DNA of 64,000 bases from the human T2T-CHM13v2.0 reference genome, Homo sapiens. Under the pieces are notes generated by a model. It was not told the origin of the DNA and made no database searches. It worked only from the letters and a program-made list of their open reading frames with translations. The stretch is taken from NCBI RefSeq assembly GCF_009914755.1, contig NC_060927.1; one strand, 5' to 3'. The position numbers were made by a program, and so were the translations under genes. This document shows, one piece after another, positions 42,969 through 57,879 of the stretch. Every line of letters begins with the position of its first letter. The first letter of the stretch is position 1.

Positions 42969-43653
42969 GCCTTTGTTCCGAGACTGTCCTTTTTTCCTGG
43001 CCTGCGAGCTCTCTGAGCACAAGGATGTGTTTATCTTATTTTCCACTGTATATTTAATATCTAGTACAGTGCCTGGCACATGATAGGCATTCAATAAATA
43101 TTTGTTACATAATTAGTCAACTAATTGAAAATTATAAACCTTTTCCATTTCTGATAATGTAGATATTCAAAAATATCCAAAATACTATATAGAATACTTT
43201 AAAGTATAGTAAGTAAACTATCTAAACACAAAGATGATTCTAATTATATTTATGAGAACTATTTAATAGTAATCACAGATTCTGAGTCTGATACTAAATC
43301 TGTCTTGGTGATAAGCATCTGGCAGAATGTGCTGATGTTTATTGGCAGAAAGCATTATGCATTTTAAATTCAATCTAGTATTTATATCCTATGGTAAAAT
43401 GAACATAAATAAGCTAATTTTAGTTTACCTTGGCAAATACGTGATTCATTCAATATATTTACATATGTAAATCAACTAGGAAGTTTAAGACAGTTTAAAA
43501 ATAAGCATCATAATATAATCTTAAACTTGATAAGCCTTTCTACCTTCAGCAAGAATCCTTTCTTTAATAATTCTTGAAAGATTGTATTTGTATCATCTTT
43601 CCCCCAGTACATGTTGGGAGATATATTAGGATTATATATATATTTGTACCAAT

Positions 43654-43656
<3 letters not shown>

Positions 43657-43702
<46 letters not shown>
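43657..43702 (+). repeat. (CA)n(TA)n microsatellite
   Basis: Visible tandem run. Confidence 0.95.
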
Positions 43703-43703
<1 letters not shown>

Positions 43704-43817
43704 GTTTAAAAATATCTATATATATTTTTACTGTCCTCAAAACCTTCCAGCTGCCAAAGGCTTGTTTGGTAAGCTTTGATTTTATGCTCCTCTTGGCTTT
43801 AGACTTTAAAAATATGG

Positions 43818-44381
43818 ACAATTCTTGTTATTTGCAGTAGTTATATTCTATAAAGTCACTGTGAGCATTTAATTAGTGAATACTGAACCAGCACTCCTAG
43901 CAGAAAAACAGGATCAGGTTCCTGCATGTCTTTGATTATAATATTTTTGTCATACAATCAATACATAACTTTGTTTTATGTGTGTTTCTGTTTGAAGACA
44001 ACTTCTTGAATATACATTGTTGATTCATTAACATTAAACTCATGGCTAACAGTGTGGCAACTCATGCCTAATTCATCTAACACATGTATTTTCTCAATAA
44101 AACACATCATATCTTTCTGCACTTAGTAATACTAGACAGCATTCAGCCTACGCTTAGGGGCCATTTAAAAGGGCAAAATCACCAACAGAGAGTTTAAACA
44201 AGAAGGAAGAGTGTTACTTTATTTGACCTCAGTTGGGAATGTATGTGTCAAGCAACTCAAATTTTTTTCAGCTCATCACATGCATGTGAATGACCACAAA
44301 ATCTCTGTATTGCTATGGTGGTTACAAATAAATTTAATGTGTAGGCAAATTTGCAAATATAGAATCTGTGGGGATCAATTG
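43818..44381. mobile_element. MER82-like TcMar-Tigger fossil
   Basis: ttatttgcagtagttatattctataaagtcactgtga ... aaatttgcaaatatagaatctgtg...caattgta. Confidence 0.75.
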
Positions 44382-44908
44382 TACCCATATCTGTGGATGT
44401 TTCTTAAGGAGTTTTAGAAGGGATTTTTAATCAATATTACAAAGTTAGCCTTACAGTCAGCTGTTACAGCAAATAGTTTCCACACACTGTTATATATGAT
44501 ATATATATGCAGGTATGTCGGGCTTGTTAAAATTCCCCTTTACTGTGAAACTGAATTCTGCTTTTCTTCTTCAGTACTGGGGATAGGTGTAGACTATGGC
44601 TACGAAAATTCTAGTGCGATTAATTTAAACATTCTGATGAAAAAGCTATCACACATTATTCTAAATTTGATTTTCAAAAACTTAAGTCATTTTCCTTATT
44701 TTCTATTTTAAAGATGAAAAACACTAAGGGTTAGACAGGCTAGGTGACTTGATCAAGGCCATTCTTCTAGCGAAGACAATTCCAGGACAAAGCTAGGTTT
44801 TTCCATAGTCTATTCTATGCTCATTTTCTTCACCTTGCCACTCTGTGGACAGATAACCAGCTTATTCCAAGTCAAAGCAGTGGCCCCAATCTCAGTAGCT
44901 TTCTATTG

Positions 44909-45093
44909 TAGTGGTTTCCAAAGCTTAGACTATATCAGAATCAACTGGAGGGCTGTTTAAAATACAGATTTTTGGGCCTCACCCCCAGAGTTTCTGATTC
45001 TGTAGATCTCAGCTGGAGCTTCAGGACTTGTTTCTATAAGTTCCCAGGTGATAGTGATGCTGCTGGTCCAGAGACCACTATTGGGAATCACTA
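44909..45093. mobile_element. MER5A (hAT-Charlie)
   Basis: cagaatcaactggagggc...cccagagtttctgattc...aagttcccaggtgat...gctgctggtcc. Confidence 0.88.
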
Positions 45094-46399
45094 TTCTATC
45101 TGAACCAATTTCACTGGGTGACATTTCCCAGTGAGGCTGGTGGAAGAAGAGAGGGTGGGCTCCTTATTCTGCTGTGTTGTCACTAAGTTCTGCCACCTGT
45201 CTAAACATGCACGTGCAAACGCTTTCTCTATGATTGCATATTTGATTCATTGAGCTTTGAGATATTTATTTAATTCCTTTAAATCACCTGAGAGTAATTT
45301 TAAAAATTAATGTTTCTGGAATGTAGCTTTCAATATGGGACTGGCCAGGAACTCCTAATTAATGAAGCTATTAATCTCATGATATAATATAGGTCAAAGA
45401 CAAACCGGTAAGCTTTTCGTTATGCAAATTTCAGAAGTTTAATTGTCTTACTAAGTGAGGGTAAGATCATTGTTTAGGATTGTACATGACCCACTTCTGA
45501 GAATGTCTCTCCAGAACTCTCCCCAATGGTAACATAAGCCTGTACCCATATTTCTACAACATGACTTTGCTCCCTGCTCATTTTTGGGAGGAGAATGAGT
45601 GGACACCTGACCAAAGGGCTGATCAGGTCCCTGCTCCCAAAACTTTGAAATGGAGACAGAGGTATTTGTTGGATTCATTAGTTTCAGAAACTGACATTTA
45701 TTTGCAGGAGCAGGGGTGCCAGTCATTTACCTTTAGGTGCAAGGTAAAGCTGAGAAAGTAGCATGGAGATAGACACACACACATACACACAGACGAACTG
45801 GGCCCCCAGTGCTTTTCCAATTGCTGGTTCCAATTCCTAATGCCTCCTGACTGGAGATCTGCAAGATACTACTGATACTTTTTAAGTTTCTCTCTGTGAT
45901 TTTTTGCTAGGTTGAATGGGTTTTTCTTTTTGTACTCTAAAAGCACCTTGACTAAGACAGTTTGTTAAACACGTACTCTTACTGACTTTATAGCACCACT
46001 TTTCCACAGGGACAGTATTGTAATTGTCAATGGATGGAGAATTTGTAGTGCCATCTCTTCTGGGAACTAGTTTACTGGACCTCAGGCACACTACTTCCCT
46101 GTCTCAAATCTCTCATCTCTAAATAGAGGAGAGTTGGATTAGATTATTTGTGAAGAGCCCTTTCAACTCTAATATTCTTGAGCTTAAAGAGAACAAAGTT
46201 AATGGAGTTTGTCTGTTCTTGGGGTGGAATCGTAAATGAAAGCTTTATAATCTTAGAGGCTGAGTATTGGCAGAGGCAGCAGTAATCAAGTGAGGGATAC
46301 TAAGGAGAGACTGAATTAAGGAAAGAGTCAAGGCTACTTGAACATTATCCCTAAAAATAGGGAAAACTTCTGGATAATTCCAAATTTATTCTTTGCTAA

Positions 46400-46612
46400 A
46401 CCTCTGTGCATTTTAGCACGAGGTACATATTAGAATCACCTGGGGATAAAAAAAGTATAAAATTTTAAAAAAAAACCACTAATAACAACTAGTGCCCTGT
46501 CCACACCTTGGGCGTTTAAATGATAAATTCTAGGGGCTGAAGAAGGGCAGACATAGGTAGATTATAAAACTCTCCAGGGGATTACAATTTTAGGTAAAAT
46601 TGGGAATCACTA
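46400..46612. mobile_element. MER5-type fossil
   Basis: atattagaatcacctgggg...aaactctccaggggatt...ttgggaatcact. Confidence 0.55.
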
Positions 46613-46693
46613 TTTGTGTTTGTTTTAAAAAGTATGTAATTAACTTTAAAAGCTCACAGCTTAATAAAAGCATGATTAAGAAGTGGGAACATG

Positions 46694-47015
<322 letters not shown>

Positions 47016-47739
47016 CTAGTAAAAGTAGAGTTCCTATAGACATAAAAAAGAAAACTTAAAACATAAAAAAGAGAAAAAAGTTGAGAACTATAAATGTCCT
47101 GTGGTCTGAAGACTTTTATAATAGTGGTCTATGTTTTAAAATTTCTTAAAAATACCAGGGTAATATAAGATAATGAAATATTTGACTCTCAAAAATCCTG
47201 GAGTTACCAAGATAATGTGAAATATGCTTTAGCATATCCTTTTGAAGAATGTAAGTAAATTAGCATATCTGTAAAAAGGTTTCTATTAAAAATGGTTTGA
47301 ATAAAAAAGAGAAAGCCTCTGTGTCTAAGGTAAGGCTTCTCTATGCTAAAATTCAGTAATGAAATAGTCTTAATCTCAATGTGTCAGCAAAGCGGTTTGC
47401 ATGGAGCTGAGCATGGTTTTGCATGGAACTGAGTTTGCATAAAACTGAGATAATGTAGGACATCTTAAGGACTCACAAAAAAGGACTCAATTTTAGCCTT
47501 TGGACGTTCAGGTTTCATTGGAAGAGACCAATGACCTAAGAGCAAATGTTGTTGTCCATAGTTTATGCTTTTCTTCATTCTCATGATTCAGCTTCTCTCT
47601 GGTTTCTTCATATCTTTCCACCACTTACTCTCTTTCACTTTTGGTATCCCCTTTACTTAATAGATTCTCCATATTGTTTCTCGGATGCTTAACACTTCTT
47701 TGTTTGTTTGTCTATTGACCTAAAGGTCCTTCAGTCCTT

Positions 47740-49290
47740 CTTTTATTGACCTACTATATTTTGGACATTAGGGGCACAGCAGTGAATAAGGAGAATATTT
47801 CCCTTCTCTCATATAATTGACATTTTTGTCAAAGAAAAAGACAATATGAAAATGATAAGTAAATAAGGTGATTATAGAATATGATACACACTAAGGGACA
47901 CTAAAAGGTGGATATAATGGAGAAAGAAAATGGTGAGTTTCTTTAGATCACTGATTCAAAATTTGGCTGCAATTACAACCACCTGTAGAGGGTTTTGTTT
48001 TGTTCTGATTTAATACTGATGCCAGAGTCCTAGTCTGAATTACTTCTCAGGGTTGGGAAGTAATCAAGTCAGCTGAAGTTTTTATTAGCTTCCTAGGACA
48101 TTCTGATAAACAGTGAAGACTGAGAACGACTGCTTTAGAGGAAAACCTCTTGAAGAAGATATTTGAGCTGAGTTCTGAAGGTAAAATAAGCCAGCCATGT
48201 AATACATGGGGGAAAGGGGAGGAGATGTTTCCAGAGATAGGAAACAGCAATAGCAAAGGACCTGAGGTGGAAGAGAATTTGACATGCATGAGGAACAGGA
48301 AGGAGGTCAGCATATCTGGGGCACAATGAGTGAGGTTGGAGAATGGAGATGCAAAGAGGCAGGCAGAAAGTAGCTTATGCTAGAGTTGGAATTTTAGTTT
48401 ATAAGGAATGAGAAATCATTGAAGAATTTTAATCAGGTAAGTTACCCGATCTTCTGTACTTTTAAAAAGAACACTCTGAGAAGCCGGATGGTTCCCTTTG
48501 TAAGTGATCTGACCTTTTTCTCTAGCTGCCTTTTGACTTAGCATTCCCATTACTCAGTATATACCCAAAGGAAAGCCAATTGTTCCACAAAAAAAAAACA
48601 CATGCACTCATATGCTCAGCACAGCACTATTCACAATAGCAAAGAAATCAATCTAGATGCCTATCAACAGTGTACGGATAAAGAAAATGTGGTACATATA
48701 CACCATTAAATACTGTGCGGCAATAAAGAGACTGAAATCATGTTCTTTGCAGCAACATGAATGCAGCTGGAGGCAATTACCCTAAGTGAATTAATGCAGA
48801 AACAGAAAACCAAATACCACATGTTCTCACTTATAAGTGGGAGCAAAACATTGGATATACATGTACACAAAGATGGAAACAGTAGATGCTGGGGACTGCT
48901 GGTGGGGAGAGAGAGAGGGAGCAGGAGCTGATAACTGTCTATTGGGTACTATGCTCATTACCTGGGTAATGGAATCAATCATATCCCAAAACTCAGCATC
49001 ATGCAGTACACCCATGTAACAAATCTCTACATGTACCCCCTTGAATCTAAAATAAAAATTGAAATGACTTTAAAAAATCTTTTAAAATAAAAGAACACTC
49101 TGGCTGCTATAAGGAAAGTGGATTTTGACAGGGCAACAGTGGTGATGGAGAGACTGGGTAAGTAGGCTATGGTCTCAGTCCAATAGAGAGATGATGGTAG
49201 TTTGGATAGGATGGTGGCAGTTGGGTGGAAGGAGAGCATTGGTAAAGGAAATATTGTGAAAGAGGAACTGATAGGACTTGCTACATATCT
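47740..49290 (-). mobile_element. L2 with nested MER5 (about 47950-48135) and L1
   Basis: ggggcacagcagtgaataag, tttgagctgagttctgaagg and gggaaacagcaatagcaaagg; continues after 49103 (cactctggctgct). Confidence 0.75.
48479..49088 (+). mobile_element. 5'-inverted, truncated L1 (older L1PA/L1PB-like)
   Basis: Perfect 14-bp TSD aaaagaacactctg (48465-48478 and 49089-49102) at a TTTT/AAAA site. About 55 bp of antisense ORF1 is followed by the sense ORF2 end and 3' UTR. Confidence 0.9.
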
Positions 49291-49694
49291 GATATCTAAC
49301 TTCCTAAGAAAGAGAATCAGAGTAGTGAATCTGTCATTCAAATATTGATAGAACATTTCCTATTCCCAATACAGAGCATGATGCCATCTTATAGGCCACC
49401 GGTTTTCCTTGTGTCTAGTCAATAAATGAGTACTCTAGGATCTGGAGCTCAAATGAGTCATGGATCAAGCTGTAGCTCACATGGGACAAAGCAAATTAAT
49501 TGATACAAAATGAAAAACTTTATATGGAGGCAGTTTATAGGTGTGATAGCTAGTCAGACTTTCTTAGATTCTTTTTTAATGATCATTTTTGTAATAACAA
49601 TTGTTTTATTAAATGACAGAACTCAGATGAAGGTGTGTGCAAATAAGTTTTAATTACATTCAGATAAAACATGCATATTTCTAAGGAGGCCAAG

Positions 49695-50049
49695 TGTCTT
49701 TGTCCATTTCCTGCTGATGCAATGAAATGCTACAGACTGGGTAATTTATAAATAGTAGAAATTTATTTGGCATATGGTTCTGGAGGCTGGGAAGTTCAAA
49801 AGCATGGCACCAGCATCTGCTGAGGGTCAGTCTATGGCAGAAGGCATTACATGGAGAGTGAGCATGTGAGACACAGAGAAAATGGGAGCAAACTTATCCT
49901 TGTATAGGACCCACTCCTGAGATAACTAATCTACTCTCTAGATAATGGCATTAATAATAATCACCTCATAAAGGTCCCACCACTTAATACCATCACAAGG
50001 ACAATTAAACTTCAGCATGCATTTTAGAGGATACATTCAAACCATAGCA
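49695..50049 (-). mobile_element. MST (C-like) MaLR solo LTR
   Basis: tgtctt...cagactgggtaatttataaa...cattcaaaccatagca; perfect 5-bp TSD ccaag. Confidence 0.9.
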
Positions 50050-51854
50050 CCAAGGTTTAGTTGACTGGGTATATGTTTGACAGGCCTTAGGCTGTCCAGC
50101 TAATCTATAACTTTGTAAAGTGCACATAGTAGGTTGGTTCAAAAGGAAGAAGAAAATATTAAATGATTGTTGTTGGATTGTTATAAATCAAGTTGGGAAG
50201 AAACAACTGAGAATACACATTTTCTAATTTAGCTTGTCATATGCAAAAATTCACATATGTTCAAAGAAACCTTACAAATGATAATATCCCACCTTATAAA
50301 TGATATCCCTATAAAATAACACCTGGAAAACATATTTTAATGTTTTCACTGAAAACTCACCAAATGTTTATTTTCAGTTTCCAAATCTTAAAGTACTAAT
50401 CTATGGCCATTTATTATTTGTACAATTTGAATGTGAAGGCCAGCTACTTTTGCCTGAGGCCACATGGGCAGTGCATACAGTTGTGAGTGTGCAGAGATTC
50501 AGTATCTTGATTCATTGACCTATGAAGTAAGAAATCCTTGATTTTCTTTCTGTAAGTAGAGGCAAAGGGGAGAAAGAGAAAACACGAGAGCCAGAACAAA
50601 AATAATGTCTTTCGGAATTTCTTTTTCCCCATGGATTTCTAAATTCTCTGAAATGGATATCTTCCATGTGTTCTTAAAAAAGGATTTTTGTTAGCCAGAG
50701 AAACTTTCCATCAGCTTTCTTGCTTGCCAGCATTATTAAGACCTCCTGACATGATGTGTGTTAGCCCAATAAAAACAAACTCTACTTCTAAAAGTTTAGC
50801 TGTATGTAGAAAAGCAGCTTAAATCATATATTTATTTTGCTGCTTGTATTTTAACCTGACTTCTTTCCTTCCGTTTTCAAGAATTATTAAGATTTATTAC
50901 TTGGAAACTATACTAAGCACTGAACTAAAAAAGAAATATTAACAAGTTGACCAAGAACTATGTACGAATTTCCTTCTAGGTTGAGCCACTGACTCACCTT
51001 CAGTCTTAAGTCATTTTGCCAATAAATAGGAAAATCAATTACATGTGGAAAGTTGTAGAGCTCAGATAATTTGACCAGCAATAGAGAAGCCAACAAAATG
51101 GATAATAGGACTATTTCCTTTCTCTTTGGTCTTCCCCTTTCCCTGTCCCCAAATGAATGTTTCAAGTTTCTTTTGTGGCAGTATCCATCTTGCAGTTTCT
51201 TTTCTTTTGCTCTTGCATGTGGCATTGCACTTCGTGTCAAGTTCTCATAGCATTTCCTTCTTCTCCTTCCCAAACTTGCTGAAATCTCAGTACACCAAGA
51301 AAACTCTTGAAAATGAATTGAAAAACATTTCCTGTCTTATTCAAGCCCCTTGGATGTGGTTCACACAGAGTGTGAATAAGATGATTTCATAGTACAATCC
51401 TAGGCTGTTCTAATCATAAAGGACGTCTCATTGTGTGACACACACATACCACAGAACCAGTAATTTCAGCATCATGGAAAATACTTTTACAGGTGGTGAT
51501 TAGCCTCCAAGTTTTCTTTAATAGCAAAAGGTCAGAATGGCCTGTATAATTGTTTCCCTTCAAAGAAGTCAGAGGGATAGAGCAATAAGAGTATAGAAGT
51601 AGAAAAGAAGATGCTCTCCACTCCCTAAAGAACCCATTCCCAGGTAATAGATATCTGCAGCCAACTTATAGCTGATAATTCAATTAAAAGAGAGTGATTT
51701 CCTTATATGATACGAACAAAGGTAAAACAATTAGCGATATGGGCATACAGACTGTAATAAGTTTATATTTAAATTTGGACTTTAAGCTATCAGATAAAGA
51801 CCAAAAATTCTCAATGAGTGTTGAAGACCTGGCATCAAGACATAGAAATTTGTA

Positions 51855-52052
51855 GGCAAAGGACAGATACTTTTGAAAAGAAGACACACACTCTGCCAAC
51901 AAGCATATGAAAAAAAGCTCAACACAACTGATCATTAGAGAAATGCAAATCAAAACAACAGTCAGATACTATCATCTGCTTTTATACTGTTGGTAGAAGT
52001 GTAAATTAGTTCAACTTTTGTGTAAAGCTGTGTGGCAATTCTTCAAATAGCT
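51855..52052 (+). mobile_element. Older L1P ORF2 3' fragment
   Basis: caacaagcatatgaaaaaaagctcaac...gatcattagagaaatgcaaatcaaaac; homologous to, but diverged from, 53070-53345. Confidence 0.8.
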
Positions 52053-53905
<1,853 letters not shown>

Positions 53906-54772
53906 AGAAAAGGTAAAGTGAAGTATAGGAATTGGAAGTGAGGTAACAGAAACAGTAAAAAAAAAAAAAAAGAAGCCTGTAATGTAATAATTATGGTGAT
54001 ATCAATGAAAATTGAAACTTTTACTAAAAGCAATGACAGCTATTCTTGTAATGATAGATGACTTTGGAAAGCCTATGAACTTCTAAAATATGTTTAAAAG
54101 CATTTGCTAAGGTCAGAAAAATTTTAATGCCACATTTTTTGGTAAGTTTTGTTTACATATTTACATTTGAAAAAATATGCATGAAACCTCTATTTTGGGT
54201 CAGACAATGTTCTACCCTCTAATGTTACATTTGATTAAAATGCATATGTTAACTGAAAGCTACTTCATTTATAAGATTGAATGTCAAGGTTTTTTTGTGA
54301 GTTATAGCTATGAAAAGTAATTTACCCAAAATGATGGTGTGTTTTTTCACCTTTAATGTCTATATCACTATTTTTAATTTATAATTTTCTTAAACAATTT
54401 TTATATTTATTTCACCATATAAATACAGACTTAATTTTCATTTTAAATTTCTCTTATTACATATTAAAAGCTAGTACCTAAAAAGAACTACTTTTCTCCT
54501 ATATTGTTCCATGTATGCTGTGTCTTAATTACTTTACTCTTCTTTTACTTAAAATAAATTAGAGAACTCTGAATATGTGAAGAAATTTGCAGTAATGGGA
54601 AATAAGACATTCAAATTATGCTGGGCATATGAAATAAGCTTAATGAGAACCTAACAGTGCGGAAGTAGGAAAAATTTTAAGTACGCTCTTTATGGATCAA
54701 ATAAACTACAAAGGGAAGGAAATATGAAGCGCTGAAAGGAAACTATAAAAAGCAAGGGCAGATAAAAATTAT

Positions 54773-54820
54773 GAGCTTTAAGGGAGTGATTAAATAGAGC
54801 TTTAAGGGAGTGATTAAAAT
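54773..54820 (+). repeat. 24-bp tandem duplication
   Basis: gagctttaagggagtgattaaa occurs identically at 54773 and 54797. Confidence 0.95.
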
Positions 54821-54994
54821 AGCATACAAAGGTCGAGAAGAATCCTTTTTAGGATAAAGATAGAAAAATATTAACAGTAATTCTTAAAATGGCAAAATAT
54901 TCAGTTAAGCATTTAACTATCAACTGTGACAACTTGGAGTTATGTTAATTTATAGGGATTCGTTTATTTATCCACTTACCAAATATTTATTTTG

Positions 54995-55329
<335 letters not shown>

Positions 55330-55844
55330 ACTAAATATTTATTTTGTTATTACTCTTTTATTTTCTATTTTGTTTCATTCATCCAACATATATTTCAGTC
55401 TTCAAAAATAATGCCAATTAAGTGTAACTTAATGTATAGAATTAACTAAAATCTAACATATAAAAACATAGAATGGTGTTATTATATCCTTTTCTTTTTT
55501 ATGGACATTCATTAAGTAAAAACATCTCTTAAAGGAGAGAGTGGTTTTGTATCTTGGAGAATTCTTTCATAGAAAACACACACTTCCAAAATAAATACTT
55601 AGGCCCCTTTAAAGGATATTTTAAACATAGAAAAGGCAGAATATCAATGCAAAAGACTAATATATTTGGGCACATAAAAGTTAAACAAAAACCTTTTCTA
55701 CATTAAAATATTTAAATTCATTATTGACAAGCTGAGTAAAAATGCTTTCCACAAATAAGTTAACTGATTGATTAATATTCTAATTTATAAAGAGCATCTA
55801 TCCATTCATGCATCTATGTATCATCTATAGAAACCTCTACGAAA

Positions 55845-56040
55845 TGCGTCTTATTCTGTTTTCTGTTGCTATAACTGAATATCTGAGACTGGGTAAGTTA
55901 TAAAGAAAAAAAATATTTTTTACAATTCTGGAGACTGGGAAGTTCAAGGTTGAGGGGTGGCATCTGGTAAGGGCCTTTTTACAGGTAAGGACCCTCTGTA
56001 GAGTTTCAGGGTGGCACAGGACATCACATAGTGAGAAGGC
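55845..56040 (-). mobile_element. MST(D-like) LTR, 3' part only
   Basis: Reverse complement matches the 3' part of the LTR at 58705-59153. Confidence 0.8.
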
Positions 56041-57012
56041 AAGGCTGCCTGAAGCCTTTAGGGCCCAATGCCTGCACTGGTGAGCCCAGGATGCTGGAAA
56101 TGGAGTCAAAGGAGATTATTCTCCAGCTGTAAGATTTAAAGTAGTTTTCCCTGTTGGGGTTTAGACTTACTTGGGACTTGATACTACTTTCTTCTTCTCC
56201 TCTTCTTCTTCTCCCCCTCCCCCTCCCCTCTCTTCCTCCTCCTCTGCCTCCTCCTCCTTCTTTCCTCCTCCTCCTCCTCTTCTTCCCCCTCTTCTTCTTC
56301 TTCCTCCTCCTCTTCTTCTCCTTCTCTTCTTCTTCTTCTTCTTCTTCTTCTTCTTCTTCTTCTTCTTCTTCTTCTTCTTCTTCTTCCCCTCCTCCTCCTC
56401 CCCCTCCTCCTCCTCCTCCTCCTCCTTCTCCTTCTTCTCCCTTTTCTTCTCTTTCTTCATCTTCTTTTTTTTTTGTTGGGGGGATGGCTATTTCTCCCTG
56501 AAGGAATGGGAATGCTTGTTCTATTCCTGTCTCACAATTGTATTTTTGGAAGTAGATAACTTGTTTAATTTCAAAGGTTCATAACCGAAGGAGAATTTAC
56601 TTCAAGATGAATTGTCACTTGAGTATCACCCATATCTGATGCAGATGAAACTCTGGACTTTGAACTTTTGAGTTGGTGCTGAAGTGAATTAAGACTTTGG
56701 GGATGTGAGGGTAGAATGAATCTACTTGTATGGGAGAAGAATATGAGTTTTGGGGGGCCAGGAGCAAAGTGTTATAGTGTGAATATTTGTCTCCTTTGAA
56801 ACTTATGTTGAAACTTAATCCCCAGTGTAACAGTATTAAGAGGTGGGCCTTTTAAAAGTGATTGGGTCATGAGGGTTCTGCCCTCATGAATGGATAAATA
56901 GGTTAATGAATTAATAGGTTATCATGGGAGAGGGTTAGTTATCACAAGAGTGATTATGTTATAAAAGCCAGATTAGCATGCTCTAGCCCCCTCATCATGA
57001 AGCATCCTGCAT
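56041..57012 (+). mobile_element. MST internal 3' region, polypurine tract and 5' part of the LTR
   Basis: ggagtcaaaggagattatt, gactttgaacttttgagtt and ttggggggccaggagcaaag, then TGTTATAG LTR start at about 56770. The LTR breaks off at about 57012. Confidence 0.8.
56187..56473 (+). repeat. Polypyrimidine (CTT)n/(CCT)n tract with pure (CTT)20
   Basis: About 285 nt almost free of purines; uninterrupted CTT at 56326-56385. Confidence 0.97.
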
Positions 57013-57066
57013 CGAATAAATGGTCAAGAACAAGTATAAACAATTCAGAAAATAAATAGACATGTC

Positions 57067-57426
57067 TGTTATAGACTGAATGTTCATGTTCCCTCACATT
57101 CAAAGATTTAAACCTAATCCCCAGTGTGATGAGGAGGTGGGGCCTTTGGGAGTTAATTAGGTTAACTAGGTAATGAAACCCTTATTAATGGGATCAGTGA
57201 CCTTGTAAGAAGAGACACAAGAGAGATGATCTCTCTCTCTCACTGTGGGAGGATACAGCAAGATGTTGGCCATCAGCAAACCAGGAAGAGAGTCGTCACC
57301 AGTAACTGAAGCGCTGGCACCTTGCTCTTGGACATCTGTCTCCAGAATGTTAGGAAATACATTTCTATTGTTTTAACCACCCAGTCTATGTTATATTTGT
57401 TACAGCCACCCAAACTGATTAAGATG
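57067..57426 (+). mobile_element. MLT1A-like MaLR LTR
   Basis: tgttatagactgaatg...ggaggtggggcctttgggag...ccacccagtctatg...taagatg. Confidence 0.85.
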
Positions 57427-57516
57427 CTAAAATGTTTTAAAATTTCTTTGAAACAACTTTCCCATGAAACTATTTAGTAATGGACATAAAGAAGTTTTAA
57501 AATGTCTATACTGTTT

Positions 57517-57879
<363 letters not shown>

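Noticed and set aside
56154-56584. ORFs rich in poly-S/P, poly-K/E and poly-F
   Set aside because: These are translations of the CTT/CCT microsatellite.
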